From: an uncultured Verrucomicrobiae bacterium
GTDB taxonomy: Bacteria > Verrucomicrobiota > Verrucomicrobiia > Chthoniobacterales > UBA10450
Assembly (NCBI GenBank): GCA_963815455.1
Contig: CAWFGO010000005.1
Coordinates: forward strand, 32,001-96,000
DNA length: 64,000 nt
Reading direction: 5' to 3'
Shown: one piece after another, positions 49,694-57,950 of the stretch
Layout: each line of letters begins with the position of its first letter
How positions within the stretch are numbered: the first letter of the stretch is position 1
Made by a program: the position numbers and the translations under genes
Notes under the pieces: generated by a model
The model's database searches: none
What the model was told of the DNA's origin: nothing
What the model saw: the letters and a program-made list of their open reading frames with translations, nothing else

Positions 49694-50578
49694 TTATCGC
49701 AGAGGCCGCGCCACCAGGATTCCGCTGTCGCTCCGGAAACGGTAGAGGTACTTTGAAAGGCGGGAATCAACGACAACCCGGCCATAATTGTTCGGCGCTG
49801 AAGCGTGAAGAAAATGCAGGCCGTCCTTGCTCCGCAAGGCCATCCCGACATGCGACGTCGAACGAAGGCCGCTGCGATCGCGTGAAATGATCCCGATGAT
49901 ATCGCCGCTTTGCAGCTTGGATTCGATCTTCGCCACCTGACTTTTGGGAATCTCATAGAGCGGCCGCGACGATACCCGTGCTTCCATTCGTGCCAGCGGG
50001 CCTCTCAATGACTTGTTCGACTTGAGGTAACGATAGTGGCGCCAGCCGATCGACATTTCCCGCGCCGAATGCGGCACGCTCCGTCCTCCGAGGTCTCGGG
50101 TGAGGTCCGCGACCAGGCCGCGCTGATCGTTGTCGTAAAGCCAGTCCTCCAAATAATGGAGGCGCGACAAGTATTCGCCCGTGCAAACGCCGCCCCGATA
50201 CCGGTCCGTCTCGATGTAATGCAGCAAACGGCCAGGGGTCCAGTTTTCCTCCGGTTCATTCAGCATCCGGGCAAAGCCCAGCGAGATTTCGAAAAACGTC
50301 CAGCAATCCATCCCCAAAAAATTCGCCGATGGCGCCTCAACGCGGTTGTCGATCTCGAGCGTGTAATGCTTGTAACGCGTGCCGACCAGGGCTTGGCCTA
50401 CTGCTGCGGCTCGCTCTCCGATCGGCAGTTCTTTCCAATTTTGCGACTTTGCCTTGGCCACTAACCGATTGAACTGGTCCTGCCCTTTGAACACCGTGCC
50501 GAACGGCAGCCGCGATTCGGCCGCGAACGCGGTCGAACAAGTCAAAAACAACGCTACGAATATTTTCCATTTTCCCAT
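49694..50578 (-). CDS. DUF1460 N-acetylmuramoyl-L-alanine amidase-like protein
   Basis: Signal peptide; MDCWTFFE, RYRGG, SRLHYLEDW, SHVG, LHAS. Confidence 0.88.
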   Translation of the reverse strand: MGKWKIFVALFLTCSTAFAAESRLPFGTVFKGQDQFNRLVAKAKSQNWKELPIGERAAAVGQALVGTRYKHYTLEIDNRVEAPSANFLGMDCWTFFEISLGFARMLNEPEENWTPGRLLHYIETDRYRGGVCTGEYLSRLHYLEDWLYDNDQRGLVADLTRDLGGRSVPHSAREMSIGWRHYRYLKSNKSLRGPLARMEARVSSRPLYEIPKSQVAKIESKLQSGDIIGIISRDRSGLRSTSHVGMALRSKDGLHFLHASAPNNYGRVVVDSRLSKYLYRFRSDSGILVARPLR

Positions 50579-50623
50579 GACCTCGACAACAGAATGCGGA
50601 ATCGGTCGCCAATCAACCCACTC

Positions 50624-50664
50624 TTGTCATCCGAGCCGGACTAGCGTTTCGCTCGGAATGACAA
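50624..50664. repeat. minimal GTCAT/ATGAC palindromic element
   Basis: TTGTCATCCGAGC...GCTCGGAATGACAA; the termini of the longer family with the interior missing. Confidence 0.75.
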
Positions 50665-50679
50665 TATCGTTCGTTCCAA

Positions 50680-51633
50680 GTGCCGATTCCTTTTTCAAAA
50701 AAAAGCCAGCGAAACGTCGTTCGACAGTCGTCCGACAATGGCCGCGAAAGCCGCTCGACCCGGGTCAAGATGCGGCCGCGTCCCGATTGGCATAAGCGCA
50801 ATTATCTGTCCGAGGTCCTGATCCCGTCGCTCTTCACCAAACGCTCGGGCGACTATGTGCCTCCCGAATTTCCCGTGATTCAGGCCGGCGAAATCTGCAT
50901 CACCTGGATCGGGCACGCTTCGTTTCTCATCCAAACCCGCGAAATGAACATCCTTATTGACCCGATCTGGTCGAAGTGGCTCAAGGTGATCAAGCGGTTG
51001 AAAAAACCGGGGTTTGAAATTCATCATTTGCCGGAGATCGACATCGTATTGGTGACGCATGCGCATTTCGATCATCTAGATCGGCGCACCCTGCGCAAAG
51101 TCGCCGCCGATCAACCGATCGTGGTGCCGACCGGCGTCGGCAATTTGGTCCACGATCTTGGCTTCCACATCGTGCACGAGCTTGATTGCTGGCAAACGAT
51201 CAAGCTCGGTTCGATCGACGTCTCGCTGACTCCCTGTTATCACTGGGGCGCCCGGTTCCTGGCCGATCTCCATCGCGGCTTCGGCGGCTTCGTCATTGCC
51301 GCGGAAGGACGCACCATTTTTCACTGCGGCGACAGCGCTTTCTTTCCCGGCTTCCGCGAGATCGGCGAGCATTACAACATCGACATCGCACTCTTACCTA
51401 TCGGCGCCTACGACGCGCCCACCGGTCGGGAAGTTCATATGAACCCGGAGGAAGCAGTGCGCGCTTTCATCGAGTTAAAGGCAAAAAAGCTCGTGCCGAT
51501 GCATTACGGAACGTTTCCCCTCGGCTACGAACCGATGCACGAGCCGCCACAGCGTTTGCTGGCTGCGGCGAGCGCGCACGGAATCGAGGAGAAAATTCTG
51601 GTCATGACCGAAGGCAAACCGGTGGTGCTGTAG
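50680..51633 (+). CDS. MBL-fold metallo-hydrolase (NAPE-PLD/RomA-like)
   Basis: TWIGHASF, THAHFDH, GDS, LPIGAY, HMNPEEA, PMHYGTF. Confidence 0.9.
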   Translation: MPIPFSKKSQRNVVRQSSDNGRESRSTRVKMRPRPDWHKRNYLSEVLIPSLFTKRSGDYVPPEFPVIQAGEICITWIGHASFLIQTREMNILIDPIWSKWLKVIKRLKKPGFEIHHLPEIDIVLVTHAHFDHLDRRTLRKVAADQPIVVPTGVGNLVHDLGFHIVHELDCWQTIKLGSIDVSLTPCYHWGARFLADLHRGFGGFVIAAEGRTIFHCGDSAFFPGFREIGEHYNIDIALLPIGAYDAPTGREVHMNPEEAVRAFIELKAKKLVPMHYGTFPLGYEPMHEPPQRLLAAASAHGIEEKILVMTEGKPVVL

Positions 51634-51646
51634 TGACCGGTGATTT

Positions 51647-53923
51647 GTGAACGGTCGCGCGCAGATAGAAAACCGATCGCCGATCACTGATCACCGATCA
51701 CTGCTTCGAGATTGCCCGGGCGCGTTGAGCGCGGGTGGAATCGTGGTCGTGTTCTGCCTCATCTTGCTCTGGCACGATCCGCTCGTTTTTTGGAACGACG
51801 ACTATCAATTGTCGATCCTGCCGGTGTTCGCCGATGTGGCGCGCAGTTGGAATGAAGGGCATTTTCCATTGCTCAGCCCTTACTCATGGGTCTGCAACAA
51901 TCTGGCCGGCGAATTTGAATACGGAACGTTCTCCGTTTTCATTAACGCGGCGGTCGTTCTCATCTGGAAATTTCCGCTTACATTTCCGCAACAAGCGGCC
52001 GCTCTTTCCATTACGCATCTTTTCGTTTTGGCGGTTGGCGCCTTTCTGCTCGCGCGGGACCGGCGACTCTCCATTCCGTTGTCGATCTTCGTCGCGCTAG
52101 TGGCGGCGTTGAATGGCTGGATCATCTGTTGGGGCGCAACCGATTGGTTCGGCGCGCTCGGCGCCTTTGCCTGGTTCCCATGGGCATGGTGGGGCTTGGA
52201 ACGGGCCCTTGGGGTGGCATCGGCTTCCAGCCGATGTTCTCGGATTCACGGGCAAGATGCCCGGGCCACAACGCGTTACCGATTTCTTTGGCCGGCGCCG
52301 TTCATCTATCTGCTCGTGACCGGCGGATTTCCTTACACCGTCGTCATGCTTGTGCTGTTGATCGCGTGGTTGTCGGTCAGATCGTTAGTAGAAACAAAAA
52401 ATCCTATTTCGATCTTGCCGATGCTTTTCGGAGCGGCGCTCGGCTTCGGCCTGTCCGCCCCGGCTTGGCTCGCGATTCTCAATTACGTTCCTGGTTCGGC
52501 GCGTCATTTGCAAATGGCCTCGTCGCATTTTCAATGGCTTGTCCCGCCATCGGCGTTACCCGGATTCGTTCTGCCCTGCTGGACGGTGAACTGGGCAAAT
52601 TTTTCCGCGCGCTACGTGCCGCACACGGCGACAGAATTGGCCTGCGGTCTGGTCGCACCAGTTGCGCTCATCGTCGTGTTCGTTCGGCATGCACGCATTT
52701 TCATACGACACGCAAAATGGGAGCTACTCCTGCTCTTGCTCGTCCTCTTGCTCGCAATGTTGCCCTCGGCGGGACTGTTTCGTTGGAGTTTTCGCTGGCT
52801 GCCATTCTTTCATCTCGTCCTGGCGATTTGTGCCGCGCAAGCGCTACAAATGTTGTTTCGCGAGAGATCAAGACGGCCCGGACCACCAGTCCCGGCGGCG
52901 ACAGTTCTGCTTCTTGCAGTTGTCACAATCGCAATGTCGATCCTGGGCACGAATGGTCATTACGCGTTTCCGCTGACTTGGATTTTTCTTGAGCTCGCGG
53001 TGATGTGGGTTCTTTTGGAGTTTTTCCTGCGCGATATCAAATGGCGCGTTTGGATGCCGGTATGCGTTACATTTGCGGCACTGCTCGCCACCTACCTTTG
53101 CCTCCCGGCCAACGGCGGCGTCCCGAAATTCAATTTCTCCGAGAAACTGCTCGAATCGGCGCCGCTCGATCCGCACCGGCTTTACCTGAGCATCTATCCG
53201 CCGCCAGAAACCGAATACCGTGTCGAAAACAAACCGGGACCGGTCGGGCAGACGGTGCGACCCGGCAACACCGCGATGTGGGCCGGTCTCCGTCTTATTA
53301 ACGGTTATAGCCCGATTCGTCCCGCCGGCGTCGCGCGCGAGTTTTGGTCCGCTGTTCACGGCGAAATCGATGCCGGGATGGGCGATGATTTGCTCAAAGA
53401 ACAAGCCGGTCCTGATGGAAGACTCGCGCTCCTCGGTGTGGATGGAATTACAATTGCCCGGGAAGCAGATGTCGATCCTGAACCGGTGTCGGAGTGGGAA
53501 CTGGTTACCACCACCGATGAGGGCCGCGTCTTTCACCGCCGCGGAGTGCCCTTCGCGCGGGTCCGCTCGATCGCCGCGGTAGATTCGCGCACCGGCCAGC
53601 AATTCTCTACCGCTGCCATCTCGCGGATCGAAGATTCCCGAAACCGAGTGCAAGCCGATGTCGATGTTCCGGCCGGCGAACGCGCTGCTTTATTAATTTT
53701 TTCGCGCCCCTATTTTCGCGGTTATCAAGCCCGTATCGACGGCAAGAAACTTATCGTACAATCTGACAACGGATTGGTCCCGGTCGTGAAAATTCCGCCG
53801 GGAACGCACGGGCGGGTAACGCTCGAATATCGTCCAAGCTGGCTGGTCCTGGGAACGGTGGCGGCTTCCATGTGCGCGGCAATTCTTGCCGTCGGCTGCT
53901 TCCTGGCCGTGCGCAGGTTGTAG
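51647..53923 (+). CDS. multi-TM protein, YfhO/GT-C glycosyltransferase-like
   Basis: FWNDD, PLLSPYSW, many TMs, C-terminal PYFRGYQARIDG...VTLEYRP; start uncertain. Confidence 0.75.
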   Translation: MNGRAQIENRSPITDHRSLLRDCPGALSAGGIVVVFCLILLWHDPLVFWNDDYQLSILPVFADVARSWNEGHFPLLSPYSWVCNNLAGEFEYGTFSVFINAAVVLIWKFPLTFPQQAAALSITHLFVLAVGAFLLARDRRLSIPLSIFVALVAALNGWIICWGATDWFGALGAFAWFPWAWWGLERALGVASASSRCSRIHGQDARATTRYRFLWPAPFIYLLVTGGFPYTVVMLVLLIAWLSVRSLVETKNPISILPMLFGAALGFGLSAPAWLAILNYVPGSARHLQMASSHFQWLVPPSALPGFVLPCWTVNWANFSARYVPHTATELACGLVAPVALIVVFVRHARIFIRHAKWELLLLLLVLLLAMLPSAGLFRWSFRWLPFFHLVLAICAAQALQMLFRERSRRPGPPVPAATVLLLAVVTIAMSILGTNGHYAFPLTWIFLELAVMWVLLEFFLRDIKWRVWMPVCVTFAALLATYLCLPANGGVPKFNFSEKLLESAPLDPHRLYLSIYPPPETEYRVENKPGPVGQTVRPGNTAMWAGLRLINGYSPIRPAGVAREFWSAVHGEIDAGMGDDLLKEQAGPDGRLALLGVDGITIAREADVDPEPVSEWELVTTTDEGRVFHRRGVPFARVRSIAAVDSRTGQQFSTAAISRIEDSRNRVQADVDVPAGERAALLIFSRPYFRGYQARIDGKKLIVQSDNGLVPVVKIPPGTHGRVTLEYRPSWLVLGTVAASMCAAILAVGCFLAVRRL
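52214..52269. repeat. GTGG-tagged REP pair inside membrane protein gene
   Basis: GTGGCATCGGCTTCCAGCCGATG ... CACGGGCAAGATGCCCGGGCCAC; same family as 23603-23653. Confidence 0.85.
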
Positions 53924-53924
53924 A

Positions 53925-54443
53925 TCACCGATTCGGCACCCGCGGCGCTAACAAGTTCGGCCCGCGCGATTCACCGGGCTTGTTCCATTGCCCAACGATT
54001 TCCGCCGACCAAATCCAATCATCCTCTCGTTTCCCGTGGATCACGATTGTTTTCTCATAATACTTCCTGAGATTGATTTGTTCGGCCACGAACTCGCGAC
54101 TCCGTTTTGCCCGAGTCAACCGGAAGAGCGTTCCCGATTGATCATCGGCCAACCTGACTCGGTATCCGGCCTCGACCAGCACTACTTTTCCAGTCAGCGT
54201 TTCTGCCCGCGCCTTTGGCTTTGGCGTCGCGGCGGGTTGCGGTGCCGCCGGCGGCTGAGGTGCAGGGGCCGATTCGGCCGCCGTGGCGGCCTCGCCTATC
54301 ATGACGGGCTCGGTTGCGGCGGCGGGCTGGCTAGCGGTCGTTGCAGACGGTTTCGCCGCTCGGGAATGTTTGTGCCAAAGAAAGCACCCATTGAAGGAGG
54401 CAAGGACGAGCGCAGCGCAACATAGACTGAAAAGTCTTTTCAT
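53925..54443 (-). CDS. putative lipoprotein with Pro/Ala linker
   Basis: Signal ending FNGC, low-complexity linker, small OB-like beta domain. Confidence 0.7.
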   Translation of the reverse strand: MKRLFSLCCAALVLASFNGCFLWHKHSRAAKPSATTASQPAAATEPVMIGEAATAAESAPAPQPPAAPQPAATPKPKARAETLTGKVVLVEAGYRVRLADDQSGTLFRLTRAKRSREFVAEQINLRKYYEKTIVIHGKREDDWIWSAEIVGQWNKPGESRGPNLLAPRVPNR

Positions 54444-54654
54444 GGCCGAATGTATACACCTCTTGGCCGCCCACGCTCAACACTCAACTCGGAACACTTT
54501 CTCAGGCGTCTCGATCCCGTGCTTGCCTGGTTTGTGGTCGGGATTAGAGTGAGCGCCGCTTGCTCGGGGAGAGAAGGCGGCAGGATGGGCAAGGCACTAG
54601 ATGATATCAGTCTCATTGTGCTACTCTCGATGGTGTAGGAAGCGAATTTTTGGG

Positions 54655-56118
54655 ATGAACAACTCGGCTTTGATGAGGATTCTGGCGATAACGCTGGTGT
54701 CGACCGCTCTGGGATTGGGTGCGCCACGCGCTCTGGGGCAATTGGTTCGACAACCGAACACAACGCTCGCTCTATCGCAGACTTCACCGCCGGCGACGCT
54801 TTCAGCAACCGGCGCATTCGCCGATCTGGCAACGCTCACGCCCTATCCGGGAATTGTGCCGTACACGCCAAACGTAACGTTCTGGAGCGATTACGCGCAA
54901 AAAATGCGCTGGTTTAGCGTGCCGGACATCAATCAGACGATGACATTTAACGCGGACGGCAACTGGACGTTTCCGACCGGCGCGATCTGGATAAAGCACT
55001 TTAATCTCCCTAACGAGCGGACCGATCCGACCGGGCCGAGCCGGCGAATCGAGACGCGGTTCCTGGTCAAAACGGCGACGGGCGTTTATGGCCTGAGTTA
55101 TCAGTGGCGCGAAGATCAGACCGATGCCGATCTCGTCGGGGCCGGTGGGGCGAACGTCGTTTACAATGTGCTCGTTAACGGCATGCCGACAAACCAGACG
55201 TGGCGTTATCCCAGCCGCAGCGATTGCAATCGTTGCCATTCCGCCGTGGCCGGTCATGTGTTGAGCTTCAACACCCGGCAGATGAACGGCTCACACGTTT
55301 ATGGCGCGCAGACTCTCAATCAAATCCAAGCCATGAGCGATGCGGGCTATTTCGCCGCGCCGGTAAGCGGGGTGAATAATTTGCCCGCGTTCGCGAAAGC
55401 TTCGGACACGACGCAGAACCTGGAGTGGCGGGTCCGCTCTTACCTGGCGGTCAACTGCGTGCAATGTCACCAGCCTGGCGGCGAAGCGAACAGCAATTGG
55501 GACGCTAGGCCGACTACGCTCACGGACCAGGCCCAGATGATCAACGGCATTCTTCGCAATCCCGGCACCGATCCGGCAAACCGTTTCGTTGTTCCTGGCG
55601 ACAACGGCCATTCCATGGCGCTCCAGCGCCTTCTGGGGGCGGGCGTGCCACGGATGCCGCCGCTCGCGAGCAACCAGATCGATCCTGATAATATTCAGTT
55701 GATGACCGATTGGATTAATCAGGCGCTGCCGCAACGCCGCTCCTTTCCCGAGTGGCAGATATATTATTTTGGATCAACCAAAGATCCTAATGCTGCTGCC
55801 GATGCGGATCCGGACGGCGATGGGCAGCCGAACATGGAGGAATTTTTCGCCAACACGAATCCGCATGACGCCACCAGCATGTTTGCGCTGCCACAAGGCT
55901 CGGCGCTGAATGGCGGCTCGGAGATCCAGTTCCAATTTACGCAGCCGGCCAATCGTGCTGCTCTGGTTGAAACGAGCACCGATCTTTCCCACTGGAATCT
56001 GTGGGACGTGCCGGGAAATTTGCCGAGCTATCCGCCAACCGCACAACCGCGCACGATCGTCGCGCCTTCGAATGTGGAGAGGCAACGGTTCTTCCGCCTG
56101 CAATTATCCGCGCCGTAG
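54655..56118 (+). CDS. secreted diheme c-type cytochrome-like protein
   Basis: CNRCH and CVQCH, FWSDYAQKMRW, IETRFLV, RMPPL, DxDxDG repeat, C-terminal FFRL. Confidence 0.8.
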   Translation: MNNSALMRILAITLVSTALGLGAPRALGQLVRQPNTTLALSQTSPPATLSATGAFADLATLTPYPGIVPYTPNVTFWSDYAQKMRWFSVPDINQTMTFNADGNWTFPTGAIWIKHFNLPNERTDPTGPSRRIETRFLVKTATGVYGLSYQWREDQTDADLVGAGGANVVYNVLVNGMPTNQTWRYPSRSDCNRCHSAVAGHVLSFNTRQMNGSHVYGAQTLNQIQAMSDAGYFAAPVSGVNNLPAFAKASDTTQNLEWRVRSYLAVNCVQCHQPGGEANSNWDARPTTLTDQAQMINGILRNPGTDPANRFVVPGDNGHSMALQRLLGAGVPRMPPLASNQIDPDNIQLMTDWINQALPQRRSFPEWQIYYFGSTKDPNAAADADPDGDGQPNMEEFFANTNPHDATSMFALPQGSALNGGSEIQFQFTQPANRAALVETSTDLSHWNLWDVPGNLPSYPPTAQPRTIVAPSNVERQRFFRLQLSAP

Positions 56119-56129
56119 TTGTCCCTCGT

Positions 56130-56199
56130 TGTAGCGGCGGTCTCCGACCGTCCCACTTTGGATTTGGAAAGAGTGCGACAGTCAGAGACTGCCGCTACA
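56130..56199. repeat. GTAG-tagged REPIN, intergenic
   Basis: TGTAGCGGCGGTCTCCGACCGTC ... GACAGTCAGAGACTGCCGCTACA. Confidence 0.85.
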
Positions 56200-56246
56200 G
56201 AGATCGCGCAAGCTTGTCAGGGTTTTACGTGCGACTAAGGTAATCG

Positions 56247-57950
56247 GTGCAGCAAAGCCGCTGGATCATTGCCCCGCCGGAAGAACTTAACGGCGGATCT
56301 ATTTCTTGGAGTGAGATCTGCGGGTCCGATTGCATTGCGCGCCTGCTGATGCGCAGAGGGTTCGCCAGCGCTGAAGAAGTGCAAACATTCCTCGACCCGC
56401 GGTTGAGTTCGCTCAGCGATCCGTTCTTGCTTCCCAACATGAAGGCAGCAGTCTCGCGAATTCTAGATGCGCTGGATCGACGCGAGCGGATCGTGCTTTT
56501 CGGCGATTACGATGTCGATGGTGTGACCTCGGTGGCGCTGCTGGCGGAAATGTTGCGTGCATATGGAAGCGCGCCGGGTTTGTTTTTGCCGTTGCGGATC
56601 GAGGAAGGTTACGGGCTCGGTCGCGAAAGCATCGAGCGCTGTGTCGAACAACACCGGCCCCACCTTCTGATCGCGGTAGACTGCGGGACGTCATCGACCG
56701 AGGAGATTGTCGATCTTAAGAAACGTGGCGTGGACGTGATCGTTCTCGATCATCACGAGCCAAAATCTGCGTTGCCGGACTGCGTTGCGATTGTGAATCC
56801 CAAAATCGATCCGGAATCGCCCTTTCATTATTTTTGCAGCGTTGGGATCGTCTTCAAACTTTGCCACGCCCTGCTCAAAACGCGCCCGGTCGATTTCGAT
56901 CTAAAGTCGAAACTCGATCTGGTCGCGCTCGGTACCGTGGCCGATATCGTTCCGCTGCGCGGCGAGAACCGGGTCTTCGCCAAGCGTGGTGCGGTCGAGA
57001 TTGGGCGATCGGCCAGGCCTGGTTTGAAAAAGTTGATCGAGGTGAGCGGAGTGCGTCCGCCGATTCTGACCGAAGATATCGGCTTCCGTCTCGGGCCGCG
57101 TTTGAACGCATCGGGACGGTTAAGCAACGCGGAGCGATCGCTGCGACTCCTCCTCACAGAGGACGAAGCTGAAGCGTCGGCGATTGCCGAGGCGCTCGAC
57201 AAAGAAAATCGCGAACGTCAGTCCGTCGAAAAAGAAATCTTCCTCGCCGCGGACGAGCAAATCGCGCGCGAATTCGATCCGGTGCGCGACGCGGCGATCG
57301 TGGTCGCGGCGCGCGGCTGGCATCCGGGCGTGTTGGGAATTGTGGCGTCGCGAATTTGCCGCAAATATCATCGGCCTGCGATTGTCATCGGTTTCGAGGA
57401 GAACGGCACAGGGAAGGGGAGTGGCCGGAGTATTGAAGGGCTAAACCTTGTCGAAGCGTTGAACCGTTGCAGCGATACCTTGCAGAAGTACGGCGGCCAT
57501 GAGATGGCGGCTGGCCTAACCGTTCTCGAAAAGGATGTCGATCTTTTCTCGACGACGTTCCGCCGCGCAGCGCGAGAACTTTTGTCCGACGAACATTTGC
57601 AACCGTGTTTGCGTCTGGATCACGAACTGATGTTCTCCGATCTCAATTTCGATCTTCTTCGATGGCACGAGATGCTCCAGCCCTTCGGCAACGGAAACCC
57701 GGCGCCGCTTTTTTTCTCCCGCGCAGTGGAACCGGTTGGATCGCCGCGCCTGGTCAAAGAGAAGCATCTTATTTTGCGGCTGCGCCAGCGCAATCATCAT
57801 CGGCGCGCGGTCTTTTTTGACGGAGCGAGTACGCCGCTGCCACCGGCGCCATGGGATGTTGCGTTTCGGATTCGCGCGGATGAATACCAGGGGGACACTC
57901 TGCTCGGGATACAGATTCAATCTGTGCGTGAAGCGGAGCGAATAGGATGA
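56247..57950 (+). CDS. recJ: single-stranded-DNA exonuclease RecJ
   Basis: GDYDVDG, EGYGL, VDCG, DHH, GTVAD, GPRLNA, GGHEMAAG, PFGNGNP. Confidence 0.96.
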   Translation: MQQSRWIIAPPEELNGGSISWSEICGSDCIARLLMRRGFASAEEVQTFLDPRLSSLSDPFLLPNMKAAVSRILDALDRRERIVLFGDYDVDGVTSVALLAEMLRAYGSAPGLFLPLRIEEGYGLGRESIERCVEQHRPHLLIAVDCGTSSTEEIVDLKKRGVDVIVLDHHEPKSALPDCVAIVNPKIDPESPFHYFCSVGIVFKLCHALLKTRPVDFDLKSKLDLVALGTVADIVPLRGENRVFAKRGAVEIGRSARPGLKKLIEVSGVRPPILTEDIGFRLGPRLNASGRLSNAERSLRLLLTEDEAEASAIAEALDKENRERQSVEKEIFLAADEQIAREFDPVRDAAIVVAARGWHPGVLGIVASRICRKYHRPAIVIGFEENGTGKGSGRSIEGLNLVEALNRCSDTLQKYGGHEMAAGLTVLEKDVDLFSTTFRRAARELLSDEHLQPCLRLDHELMFSDLNFDLLRWHEMLQPFGNGNPAPLFFSRAVEPVGSPRLVKEKHLILRLRQRNHHRRAVFFDGASTPLPPAPWDVAFRIRADEYQGDTLLGIQIQSVREAERIG

